Shown here: positions 48,630 through 57,691 of the stretch, piece after piece
Layout of the letters: every line of letters starts with the position of its first letter
Position numbering within the stretch: the stretch's first letter is position 1
Virus record (IMG/VR): IMGVR_UViG_3300024262_000026
Location: 1-64,000 of that record
Reading direction: 5' to 3' (one strand)
Source of the DNA: a virus
Length of the DNA stretch: 64,000 bases
Notes under the pieces: model-generated
The model's input: the letters and a program-made list of their open reading frames with translations, nothing else
Database searches by the model: none
What the model was told of the DNA's origin: nothing
Program-made: the position numbers and the translations under genes

Positions 48630-49685
48630 TCAAAGTAAATGCGGTTTTGCTTCTATCATTCCATTTTGTGTAACTTTAACAAAATCGGAATTTGATCGAA
48701 ATTCACTCAAATTGTCCGCATTAACATAAGACATTGCAGATTTTAAACCTTCATCAATATCATCTATTAACCTTTTAACTTTACCTTTGTATCTTATCAA
48801 TTTAGAATTTCCTTCAACATTTTTTTCATCTAAATTATTTTCAACTTTTGCTTCTAATGAAGCCGAACCTCTATATTTCTTAAATAGTTGTTCGTCAGGC
48901 CATTGACCTGTTTTTTGAATTTTTCCAGGTGATTCTTTAGTTCCAGAAAAAATAGATCCAAACATAACGGTATCTGCACCAAGAGCCAAAGCCTTAGCAA
49001 CATCACCTATCATTCGAACTCCACCATCAGCAATTACTGGCACACCATATCCATCACAAATTTTAATACAATCTACTAATGCGGTAACTTGTGGAATTCC
49101 AACACCAGTTCTAATTCTAGTTTCGCACAATGAACCATTACCAATACCGACTCTAACAGCGTCTGCACCCCATTTACATAAATTTTCTGCACCTTCAGTA
49201 GTCGCAACATTACCTGCTATCACATCTACATCAGGATAAGTTTTCTTAATTCTTTCGATTGCATTTTTCATCAATTTGGTATTCCCATGAGCAACATCAA
49301 TTAGAATAACATTTACTCCAGCATTTACTAATTTACCTAATCTAACAATTGATTCATTTACTCCAATAGCCGCACATATTGGAAAAGAACCAGGTGGTAA
49401 ATAGTCATTCATCAATTCTCGTTTCTCAAGTTGAACCATATTAACAGCATCAACCTGTTCCTCTATACTAAGAAACCTATTAATACAACCAACACCACCC
49501 AATTGCATCATACGTAGTGCCATTTCACCGCCAGTAACAGTATCCATTGGAGAAGAAACGTAGGGTTTGTTAATAGTGAACCTTTTTGTTAATTTTGTAG
49601 TTATATCACAATCTGATCTATGTTCAACATCAGAATATTTTGGAATTATTTGTATATCATCATAAGTTAATGCTTCTCTAAACAT
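48630..49685 (-). CDS. guaB: IMP dehydrogenase / GMP reductase family (no CBS domains)
   Basis: SPMDTV, IDVAHG, GIGNGSLCETR, ADGG, YRGSAS; IMPDH versus GMPR not resolved. Confidence 0.85.
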   Translation of the reverse strand: MFREALTYDDIQIIPKYSDVEHRSDCDITTKLTKRFTINKPYVSSPMDTVTGGEMALRMMQLGGVGCINRFLSIEEQVDAVNMVQLEKRELMNDYLPPGSFPICAAIGVNESIVRLGKLVNAGVNVILIDVAHGNTKLMKNAIERIKKTYPDVDVIAGNVATTEGAENLCKWGADAVRVGIGNGSLCETRIRTGVGIPQVTALVDCIKICDGYGVPVIADGGVRMIGDVAKALALGADTVMFGSIFSGTKESPGKIQKTGQWPDEQLFKKYRGSASLEAKVENNLDEKNVEGNSKLIRYKGKVKRLIDDIDEGLKSAMSYVNADNLSEFRSNSDFVKVTQNGMIEAKPHLL

Positions 49686-49757
49686 ATTTCTATTTTTATT
49701 TACTTCTTTTATAAGAAAATTCTTATTTAGTTTTAATTTTTAATATATAAGTGTACT

Positions 49758-50351
49758 ATGAAGTTAATGAAGTATAAAGAGTTTTTAAATGAAAACATAT
49801 CTACAGGTATTGCACAATTATTACAAAGTGTGGATGCAGAACAGGTCGAGTTTTACTACACACTTGGCATTAATAAAGACAAATTTATTGAAAAAGATAT
49901 TGAATTTATCTATAATGATAGTGATTTTAATAAGGCACTATATAGTAAAAAACTCAAAAAGAGTGAATTAGCATCCACATTAGATATGGAAAATTTCTTA
50001 AAGAAACAATATAATATAAAATATTTTTTGTTGATTGATAGAGATATACCAAAAATTGACACACCAAAATATATAATACTTCAATACTCTAAGAAAAATC
50101 TTGGTTGGAGTGATGTATATATGTATAAAGTTAATGGTAATATTAGAAACTTTTTTGAAAAAATGACATCAAGAACTATCGAAATTGATGATGATGGAGT
50201 AAAATATGTATATCAAACATCAAACTCTGGTAATAATTGGATATTACAAAACATCGAAGATAAGACAGACGAATTTAAAGAAACATTAGAAAAAGATGAA
50301 TTGCGTGATATTTTAAAACAAAAAAACTTAGAATTGAACATAATAGAGTAA
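49758..50351 (+). CDS. Hypothetical protein with capsid-targeting-like N-terminus
   Basis: MKLMKYKEFLNE; TAATATATAA at 49741-49750. Confidence 0.8.
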   Translation: MKLMKYKEFLNENISTGIAQLLQSVDAEQVEFYYTLGINKDKFIEKDIEFIYNDSDFNKALYSKKLKKSELASTLDMENFLKKQYNIKYFLLIDRDIPKIDTPKYIILQYSKKNLGWSDVYMYKVNGNIRNFFEKMTSRTIEIDDDGVKYVYQTSNSGNNWILQNIEDKTDEFKETLEKDELRDILKQKNLELNIIE

Positions 50352-50399
50352 AAAATGAAAAAATATATTAATATATACAAAAAAAGAATTTAAATAGAG

Positions 50400-50822
50400 A
50401 TGGATAAATTAAATAACTTAATATCGTTCAAAGATTTTGGTAAATTTGACATGAAAGTTGAAAATCAACCTGGTAAAAAAGTAGTTGAAAAACTAAATAA
50501 CATTAAATCATTCGATACATTAGTAGATGAAGGTTTTTTCACAGATACCGAATTAGGAAATAAGATAAGAAAAGGTGCTGGTTTTAAAAACAAAGGAGAA
50601 AAATTTGAAGAAGCTAAACAAGCCATCCTAAGTCACCCTATTAGAAGAAAAGCGTATGAAACGTTCCAAAAAGAAGATCCAAATAAAGCTGAAAAGTATG
50701 TTGAATTTTTTGTAAAAAATCCACAAGGTCACCCAAAATGGACTAATGGTGAGTGGATTGATACTGCTCGTTATTCACACGAATTACTCGCAGATGTTGG
50801 ATCACCTAAAAGTGGATATTAA
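50400..50822 (+). CDS. Hypothetical protein with duplicated capsid-targeting-like motif
   Basis: KLNNLISFKDF and KLNNIKSFDTLVDE. Confidence 0.75.
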   Translation: MDKLNNLISFKDFGKFDMKVENQPGKKVVEKLNNIKSFDTLVDEGFFTDTELGNKIRKGAGFKNKGEKFEEAKQAILSHPIRRKAYETFQKEDPNKAEKYVEFFVKNPQGHPKWTNGEWIDTARYSHELLADVGSPKSGY

Positions 50823-50842
50823 TCCTGAATACCTTTATATAC

Positions 50843-50878
50843 AAAAAACTCTACCTTTTTAAGATAGAGTTTTTTTTT
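50843..50878. terminator. Bidirectional terminator
   Basis: aaaaaactcta/tagagtttttt. Confidence 0.75.
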
Positions 50879-51263
50879 ATCTAAACATTTTTTGTGAAAC
50901 TCCACTTCTCACATCATCAAATATAATTCTTGTGAGTTTCTGTATTTGAATTTTACTTCTTAATCTATTTGCGACTATTAAAATACTACCAGTAAGTAGT
51001 AAAGATATCACAAATAACCAAATCATATTGTGTTGTAGGAAAAATACACCAGAAAAAAGTAAAATTGTGGCAACGAGGAAAGAAATCTTCATTTTAATTG
51101 ATAATCTATCAATAATAAAATCTGTTTCAGCATTAAGTGCATCACACTGTTCAATTTCATTCATAGATTCAAGATACTTAATTTCTTCTTCAGAACATTT
51201 ATGTTTCTTTAAACCAAGTTTCTCTAATCTTGAATAAAACTTTGATACTACCATACTCTTCAT
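50877..51263 (-). CDS. Two-TM membrane protein
   Basis: Two hydrophobic helices; TATCTTTG element at 51306-51313 (-). Confidence 0.75.
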   Translation of the reverse strand: MKSMVVSKFYSRLEKLGLKKHKCSEEEIKYLESMNEIEQCDALNAETDFIIDRLSIKMKISFLVATILLFSGVFFLQHNMIWLFVISLLLTGSILIVANRLRSKIQIQKLTRIIFDDVRSGVSQKMFR

Positions 51264-51389
51264 TTTTTAGATTTTATTTATATTATATATATTTCAAATG
51301 TAATGCAAAGATAAACTTTTTTTTTGGAAATAAAAAAGTTATGTGTGTATTTTTATATATAAGATATAAATTAAAAATAGTAATATAAA

Positions 51390-52076
51390 ATGACAATCAA
51401 GAAATTTAATGAATATATTAATGAGAATAATAACACAAATTACTATCAAATAATTGATTATACTAATTTAGATACTCTCTCAAATGATGATATTAAAAAA
51501 ATGTGTTCTGTTGCTGAAGAAAAAAAAGTATATTCTGTTTGTGTATTACCAGAATATGTTAGTCTTGTATCATCATTTCTTGAAAATTATGATATTAAAG
51601 TTGTTGCTACAATAGACTTTCCAAAAGGTAGTAGTTCATCCACAGAAAAGATAAAAGAAATTGATAAAGCACTTGTGAATGGTGCAGATGAAGTTGATGT
51701 TGTATTAAATTATAAACTTATAAAAGAAAAGGAATTTGAAACTATTGAAGATGAAATTAGAAGTATTTCAGAATATGTACATAAAGAAGGAAAAATTGTT
51801 AAAATTATCATTGAAATAGGTGCATTAAGTTTTCAAGAAATAGAACAAGTTAGTGAAATATGTGTTGATGCTAATGTTGATTTTATAATGACATCCACAG
51901 GAAAATTACCAAATGATGGTGACTTTGATGATAAAGTTAAAAAAGTTAAATTTATAAGAAAAATTACTCCTGACGACACTAAGATAAAATTTAGTGGAGG
52001 AATAAGAACTAACGCACAAATTGCACAAGTTGCACAATATTGTGATAGAATAGGAACAAGTATTATACCCGTCTAA
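51390..52076 (+). CDS. deoC: Deoxyribose-phosphate aldolase homologue (Schiff-base Lys replaced by Met)
   Basis: IDYTNL, DFPKG, GADEVDVV, KIIIE, DFIMTSTG, KFSGGIR, RIGTS. Confidence 0.85.
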   Translation: MTIKKFNEYINENNNTNYYQIIDYTNLDTLSNDDIKKMCSVAEEKKVYSVCVLPEYVSLVSSFLENYDIKVVATIDFPKGSSSSTEKIKEIDKALVNGADEVDVVLNYKLIKEKEFETIEDEIRSISEYVHKEGKIVKIIIEIGALSFQEIEQVSEICVDANVDFIMTSTGKLPNDGDFDDKVKKVKFIRKITPDDTKIKFSGGIRTNAQIAQVAQYCDRIGTSIIPV

Positions 52077-52077
52077 T

Positions 52078-52908
52078 TTATAAAGATTTTAACATTGCAA
52101 TAAGATGAGGTTGAGGTGACACATCATATTTATCAGTTCTAATATTACCATGAGACCAGATACCTGGATAACCATTTAATGTTAATGGATTATATTCAAA
52201 TGCCGATTTACCAATCGATTGTACAGCCCAAGCAGTATTATTTCCCCAAACGCCATCTTCTCCTAATGGTTTACCATTTCTACCAACAAATCCATATCTA
52301 TTCAACCATTTTTGTTGTTCCATAATAGATATTCCAGTAGGCATAACTAAAGATTCTTTTTCAATCCATTCTCTTAACCCCATTCTAAGATTAATATTGA
52401 ATTTTGATGATAAATAAAGCAATAATTCTCTAACCGACTCCACTTGTTTATCGGTATACTTATGATAATATTTGAAACCTCTAAATTGATTAGGTAATTC
52501 AATAACATCAGATTCAGGTACTATAGTGTTTACATAATTATAAAATGAGCCATCTCTACCTTTTGTTAAAGGACCATAATTACATATTTCAATACCTATC
52601 GATATTTTATCAAATGTACCTTTTGTACCTTTGGCACCTAAATGCCATGCCCATTTACTTTCAGGAAAACATCTAACAATCACACCATCCCATTCACTTT
52701 CACCATTTCTTGTACTTCTACCACCAACTATAAAAGATGTTGCAATTCGTCTAATTGAGCCATCAGAATTTGAATCTTTATCCCACATACCAACAACCCA
52801 ATCTGGTCGATGTCCACCTGCAGTATGGTGTAAATATATTATAGTTTTATTGAATTCGGTGTGATAATACTCGTCCGAATTTAAGAAAATATCTTTAATG
52901 TCTAACAT
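52078..52908 (-). CDS. N-acetylmuramoyl-L-alanine amidase (putative endolysin)
   Basis: LHHTAG, AWHLG, SIGIEICN, SHGNIRTDKYD; PG-binding-like EDGVWGNNT. Confidence 0.88.
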   Translation of the reverse strand: MLDIKDIFLNSDEYYHTEFNKTIIYLHHTAGGHRPDWVVGMWDKDSNSDGSIRRIATSFIVGGRSTRNGESEWDGVIVRCFPESKWAWHLGAKGTKGTFDKISIGIEICNYGPLTKGRDGSFYNYVNTIVPESDVIELPNQFRGFKYYHKYTDKQVESVRELLLYLSSKFNINLRMGLREWIEKESLVMPTGISIMEQQKWLNRYGFVGRNGKPLGEDGVWGNNTAWAVQSIGKSAFEYNPLTLNGYPGIWSHGNIRTDKYDVSPQPHLIAMLKSL

Positions 52909-52917
52909 AATATTTTA

Positions 52918-54207
52918 TTATTTTTCTTTCGTGTCATTTGTGTTACTATATAATGTTTCTTTTTGTTTTTTTATCTCAGATTTTTCTTCTAAATCCAATT
53001 CACTTTCAACATCATACAATTTAGTTAATTCAATATCTCTTTTATTGTAATGTTCAGTTTCAAAAATAGAACCCAAGTTAGTTTCTCTCCTAACACTATT
53101 TTCCATTTTATAAACTTCACCTAAATTGATATCTTTTTTTAATTTACTATCAACATTATAAACACTACCTTCAGCCAATTTAGGTTTATTTTCAGGATCA
53201 TTATTATAAAGGATTTTATCTGTTATTGTATTTAAATTCTCTTTATCATTATCATATAATGAGGGATTATTTAAAGTAGGTTTCTTATAATCTATGATGT
53301 TATCATAAACAAAATCATTAACAGTTAAGGTTTTATTGCTTTCTTTATTTTCAAATAACTGCTCTCCATTTAATAATTTATCTTCATCTTTATTCTCAAA
53401 TAGTTGTTCTCCATTTAATAATTTATCTTCATCTTTATTCTCAAATAGTTGTTCTCCATTTAATAATTTATCTTCATCTTTATTCTCAAATAGTTGTTCT
53501 CCATTTAATAATTTATCTTCATCTTTATTCTCAAATAGTTGTTCTCCATTTAATAATTTATCTTTGTCAACATTTTCGAATAAGACTCCTTCCATTTTTC
53601 GGTCATAATCAATATTTTCATAAATAATTTCACCATCTAATAATTTATCTTCATCTTTATTCTCAAATAGTTGTTCTCCATTTAAAAGGTGCTCATTATC
53701 TTCATTCACATAAACAATTTCACCATCTAATAATTTATCTTCATCATTATTTTCAAATAGTTGCTCTCCATTTAAAAGGTGCTCATTATCTTCATTCACA
53801 AAGACAAACTCACCATCTAATGTATTATTAACACCAACACCATCAAATAATGTCTCACCATCTAATGTATTATTAACACCAACACCATCAAACAATGTCT
53901 CACCATCTAATGTATTATTAACACCAACACCATTAAATAATGTTTCATCGTTTAATGTATTATTATCTACAACATTATTATTATATAAAGGTGTTCCAAT
54001 TGGATATGATTTTCGGTTTCTTTCTGTAGTATCAATCTGATCAATATATTCCATTCCTGGGATATTTGGTTCATAATCTTCAACTTGAATAGTATTATTA
54101 TCTACAACATTATTATCATATAATTGTGCACCTCCAGGAGTTTTATTCAAATCTCTTCCGTGATTATTAGGAACAATTTTATCTATTACTGGATCCACTC
54201 CACCCAT
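52918..54207 (-). CDS. Acidic protein built from 15-aa tandem repeats
   Basis: NGEQLFENKDEDKLL and DGETLFDGVGVNNTL repeats. Confidence 0.8.
   Translation of the reverse strand: MGGVDPVIDKIVPNNHGRDLNKTPGGAQLYDNNVVDNNTIQVEDYEPNIPGMEYIDQIDTTERNRKSYPIGTPLYNNNVVDNNTLNDETLFNGVGVNNTLDGETLFDGVGVNNTLDGETLFDGVGVNNTLDGEFVFVNEDNEHLLNGEQLFENNDEDKLLDGEIVYVNEDNEHLLNGEQLFENKDEDKLLDGEIIYENIDYDRKMEGVLFENVDKDKLLNGEQLFENKDEDKLLNGEQLFENKDEDKLLNGEQLFENKDEDKLLNGEQLFENKDEDKLLNGEQLFENKESNKTLTVNDFVYDNIIDYKKPTLNNPSLYDNDKENLNTITDKILYNNDPENKPKLAEGSVYNVDSKLKKDINLGEVYKMENSVRRETNLGSIFETEHYNKRDIELTKLYDVESELDLEEKSEIKKQKETLYSNTNDTKEK
53345..53975. repeat. 45-bp coding tandem repeat array
   Basis: About four identical 45-nt units (tctccatttaataatttatcttcatctttattctcaaatagttgt) at ~53363-53563 plus diverged units. 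Confidence 0.9.
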
Positions 54208-54653
54208 TATTTCTTATTTCTTTTTTTAATCATCTCTTGAATATATTGATCCTTAGGTAAACTAATATCAGGGGCACTCTTCATACGTTGAGTTTCTTCC
54301 TCACCTATATAAATACCTTCAACTTCTTCAATTTCTTTAATTATATTTGCAAGATGCTCATCAATAGTTAATTTTTCCTCATTTTTATCATATAGTATTG
54401 TGTAAAGTTTCTCATCATTAAATATAAAATATTCTCTTTCAGATAGTGTAAAGTCCTGATAAAAAGACAATTTACCAATATTACCATATTTTAATATTTG
54501 CTTACCAAACATTGAAAAATATTTTATAATAAATGGATCCTTTATTGAAAATGCCTCAGTTTTTTGATCAAACATACTATCGCCAAGATCCAATTCAAAT
54601 ATATCTAACATTTTTACTTTATTTAATACAACACCATTTGCAATTACTTTCAT
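54207..54653 (-). CDS. Hypothetical protein
   Basis: 148 aa, overlapping neighbours. Confidence 0.75.
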   Translation of the reverse strand: MKVIANGVVLNKVKMLDIFELDLGDSMFDQKTEAFSIKDPFIIKYFSMFGKQILKYGNIGKLSFYQDFTLSEREYFIFNDEKLYTILYDKNEEKLTIDEHLANIIKEIEEVEGIYIGEEETQRMKSAPDISLPKDQYIQEMIKKRNKK

Positions 54654-55102
54654 ACATCATGAATATTATCTTTTAAATCAACATCCTCTTGTTCTTCTTC
54701 ATCAGATTTATCCAGTTCTGATATTTTATCAATAATAAAATCTTCTTTTACATCTTCAACATCAATTTCTTCGACTAATTCTCGTTCTAATTGTTGCGTT
54801 TCATTATCTGTATATTTCTTAATTTTCAAATGCACTTTATCAATCTCATTATCGTCTGTAAATTCATCTACTCTAACGATAAACATAATTTGAAAATAAT
54901 TCTCTGGTGATAAAAATTCAACCATTTGATATTTTTGCATAGGGTTCATTATTTCGTTATTAGTTATTTGAACTAACTGACAACCTGAAGCACCAAGAGA
55001 GCCTCCATCAAACCACTTTTTTACTTGTACTTCTAGTTCCTTAAAGAACACAGATATAATATAATCGGCTGATTCTACATATTCTTCAAATATTTTCTTC
55101 AT
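54650..55102 (-). CDS. Acidic hypothetical protein with capsid-targeting-like N-terminus
   Basis: Start revised to ATG 55102 (MKKIFEEYVE), downstream of a late motif. Confidence 0.75.
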   Translation of the reverse strand: MKKIFEEYVESADYIISVFFKELEVQVKKWFDGGSLGASGCQLVQITNNEIMNPMQKYQMVEFLSPENYFQIMFIVRVDEFTDDNEIDKVHLKIKKYTDNETQQLERELVEEIDVEDVKEDFIIDKISELDKSDEEEQEDVDLKDNIHDV

Positions 55103-55164
55103 CAAATTGAGATTCTTTTTAACTATATATAAAAAATTACTTTTCAATCCGAATATATAAGTGT

Positions 55165-55416
55165 ATGATAACTAATTTTAAATTATTTATAGAGAGCGTT
55201 GAAGTAACACCTAACAACACTTCTGGTTCGGCTGGTGATACATCATCAACAAGAGATCAAGGTGGTTACCTAGTGTCTGGAAATGATGGAAATCCTGGTA
55301 TTCAATTTACACCAAAAGGTGTTGACGACATAAGCAAGTCTTATAAGGATAAAAAACGAAAATATAAAAGATATTTTAGGAAAAATAAAAAATATAAAGA
55401 TGAAAAACATAAATAG
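55165..55416 (+). CDS. Small disordered protein with capsid-targeting-like N-terminus and basic tail
   Basis: MITNFKLFIE; Gly/Ser-rich middle; Lys/Arg-rich end. Confidence 0.7.
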   Translation: MITNFKLFIESVEVTPNNTSGSAGDTSSTRDQGGYLVSGNDGNPGIQFTPKGVDDISKSYKDKKRKYKRYFRKNKKYKDEKHK

Positions 55417-56281
55417 ATTTATTCAAAAATCTAACGAATTATTTAAATATAAATATGATTATTCACTAGTTGAATATAAAAATAATAAAATAAAAGTTAA
55501 AATAATTTGTCCAATACATGGTATATTTGAAAAATCACCAAATAAACACTTATTAGGTCAAGGTTGCCAAAAATGTGCATTAGAAAATTCATCAAAAAAA
55601 CAAAGATCAAATAATAAAGAATTTATTAAAAAATCACTAAATATACACAACAATAAATATAACTACTCACTAGTTAATTATAAAAACAGTAAAACAAAAG
55701 TTAAAATAATTTGTCCAGAACATGGTATATTTGAACAAACACCAACAAAACATTTAAAAGGTTGTGGTTGTCCTAATTGTGCTAACAACGTAAAATTGTC
55801 TAATAGTGAATTTATAAAAAGATCAAATAAAATACATAATGGTAAATATGATTATTCATTAGTTCAATATGAAAATAATAGAACAAAAGTTAAAATAATT
55901 TGTCCAGAGCATGGAACATTTAAGCAAATACCAACAAACCATTTAAGAGGTAAAGGTTGTAATAAATGTAAAATAAATTCTATAGGAGAAGAAACTATAA
56001 AAAATATATTAAAAGATAAAAATATAAATTTCATACATCAAAAAACTTTTGACGATTGTAAAAATAAATTGAAATTACCATTTGATTTTTATATTTATGA
56101 TTTAAATATGTGTATAGAATATGATGGTAGGCAACATTTTAACATAAACACTAAATTTTATTCAGAAGATATTAAAATTAATGATAATATTAAAAATAAA
56201 TATTGTAAATTAAACAATATTAAATTATTAAGAATAAAATTTGATGAAAATATTAAAGAAAAACTAATACAACATTTATGA
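55400..56281 (+). CDS. Putative homing endonuclease (DUF723-like zinc repeats + PD-(D/E)xK/Vsr-like domain)
   Basis: Three YDYSLVxY..KVKIICPxHG..HL.G.GCxxC repeats; LPFDFY..CIEYDGRQH. Confidence 0.8.
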   Translation: MKNINRFIQKSNELFKYKYDYSLVEYKNNKIKVKIICPIHGIFEKSPNKHLLGQGCQKCALENSSKKQRSNNKEFIKKSLNIHNNKYNYSLVNYKNSKTKVKIICPEHGIFEQTPTKHLKGCGCPNCANNVKLSNSEFIKRSNKIHNGKYDYSLVQYENNRTKVKIICPEHGTFKQIPTNHLRGKGCNKCKINSIGEETIKNILKDKNINFIHQKTFDDCKNKLKLPFDFYIYDLNMCIEYDGRQHFNINTKFYSEDIKINDNIKNKYCKLNNIKLLRIKFDENIKEKLIQHL

Positions 56282-56583
56282 TAAAAAATTTTAAATTATT
56301 TATAGAAGATGCCACAGCAACAATGGGCAATATGAACGGAATGGGTAACGTCACTTCTGCAATTCCAAGTGAAACTCCAGGTTCAGTTTCAGATTCTATA
56401 CCAGGTTCTGGTGATATTGGACAAATATTAGGAACACACACCAAAAAATCAACTTTAGATTTAAGAAAGAAAAAGAAAAAGAAAAAAGATTTAAAGAAAA
56501 AAGAAAACTTTTCTCACGAACAAGATAAAACATATGACCAAATGTATGTGGTTAGATTTGGTGACTATAAATATACTAAATAA
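56278..56583 (+). CDS. Small disordered protein with capsid-targeting-like N-terminus
   Basis: MIKNFKLFIE; poly-Lys tract. Confidence 0.7.
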   Translation: MIKNFKLFIEDATATMGNMNGMGNVTSAIPSETPGSVSDSIPGSGDIGQILGTHTKKSTLDLRKKKKKKKDLKKKENFSHEQDKTYDQMYVVRFGDYKYTK

Positions 56584-56584
56584 T

Positions 56585-57229
56585 ATGCTAACATACGAAA
56601 ATTACATTAATTCAGAATTAGAATATGAAGATGGATTTCTAATAGATAAATACGGATCAGTAATAATGAGTATTTATGAAGAACCAATAATGAAAGTTGC
56701 GGCAGAAATTGTTGCTAACAAAGGTGGTGATATTTTAAATGTTGGTTTTGGATTAGGTATAATAGATCATTTCATACAATTAAAAAACCCTACATCTCAC
56801 ACAATTATCGAACCACACAAACAATTATTCAAAGAAGCAATAGAAAATGGTTGGGATAAAAATGTTGAAATGTTAAATGAAAGTTGGTTAGAATCTGTTG
56901 ATAGATTTATTAAAGAAGGTAAAAAATTTGACGGAATATATTTTGATCCTTTTCTGTATGAACAATATAACTCAACTCTAGATAAATTTTTAAAAAAATT
57001 AAAATATATCTTAAAAGAAGATGGAGTTTTCTCATATTTTATGAACCACAACAGTACCAGTAGTGTACAACAAAATGTCAATAATTTTGCTGGGGAAGAT
57101 ATCTATAATGTAAATTTGATCAATTTAAATATTGAATATGATGATAGAAAACTCAAAAAAAGAAATGGATATACAATACAAAAAGAACACTATATTCCAG
57201 TAGTTAGATTCAAAAAAATCATAAAATAA
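56585..57229 (+). CDS. RMT2/GAMT-like SAM-dependent methyltransferase
   Basis: IMSIYEEPIM, GGDILNVGFGLGIID, SHTIIEPH, FDGIYFD; start revised to ATG 56585. Confidence 0.8.
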   Translation: MLTYENYINSELEYEDGFLIDKYGSVIMSIYEEPIMKVAAEIVANKGGDILNVGFGLGIIDHFIQLKNPTSHTIIEPHKQLFKEAIENGWDKNVEMLNESWLESVDRFIKEGKKFDGIYFDPFLYEQYNSTLDKFLKKLKYILKEDGVFSYFMNHNSTSSVQQNVNNFAGEDIYNVNLINLNIEYDDRKLKKRNGYTIQKEHYIPVVRFKKIIK

Positions 57230-57252
57230 TTTTTTTATAATGTTTTTATTTA

Positions 57253-57260
57253 TACTTTTG
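57253..57260 (+). promoter_or_regulatory. Bacteroidota -7 element TAnnTTTG
   Basis: TACTTTTG upstream of 57290. Confidence 0.7.
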
Positions 57261-57289
57261 CGATAAGTATAACCATAAAATATAAAAAC

Positions 57290-57601
57290 ATGCCAGAATT
57301 TAAAGATAAAATTACATTTGAAATGACAGGTTCACCCAAATTTCAAGGATGGTCATATAAACAAGATTTTGTTGATTTTATGACAAAACACGGATTCACA
57401 CACACAACACTCACAAAAAATACCGACTTGCTGGTTACGGATGACGATTCATCAAATACAGGTAAAATGGGTAAAGCGAAAAAATATGGTATACCTATAG
57501 TAACTTATGCCGAACTAGCAAAGGATAAAACTAAACTTTATACTAAATTGACAAGGAGAAACAGAATGGCACACATTATGAAACTAATGGGGGAACTGTA
57601 A
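57290..57601 (+). CDS. Stand-alone BRCT-domain protein (NAD-ligase C-terminus-like)
   Basis: FEMTG..TKNTDLLVTDD..GKMGKAKKYGIPIVTY. Confidence 0.75.
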   Translation: MPEFKDKITFEMTGSPKFQGWSYKQDFVDFMTKHGFTHTTLTKNTDLLVTDDDSSNTGKMGKAKKYGIPIVTYAELAKDKTKLYTKLTRRNRMAHIMKLMGEL

Positions 57602-57625
57602 ACTTATCTCAACTAAATATATATA

Positions 57626-57657
57626 AAACTCCTATCTAAACAGATAGGAGTTTTTTT
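57626..57657 (+). terminator. Intrinsic terminator
   Basis: aaactcctatct/agataggagttt followed by a T-run. Confidence 0.8.
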
Positions 57658-57691
57658 ATAAATAAGACTCAACAAATAAAATACATATAAT

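Noticed and set aside
49709-49733. ECF-type promoter upstream of guaB
   Set aside because: AAACTA..TATAA has a 14-nt rather than 16-nt spacer, so it was not counted.
53345-53975. Possible CRISPR array
   Set aside because: Units are contiguous 45-bp in-frame coding repeats with no unique spacers, and no cas genes are present.
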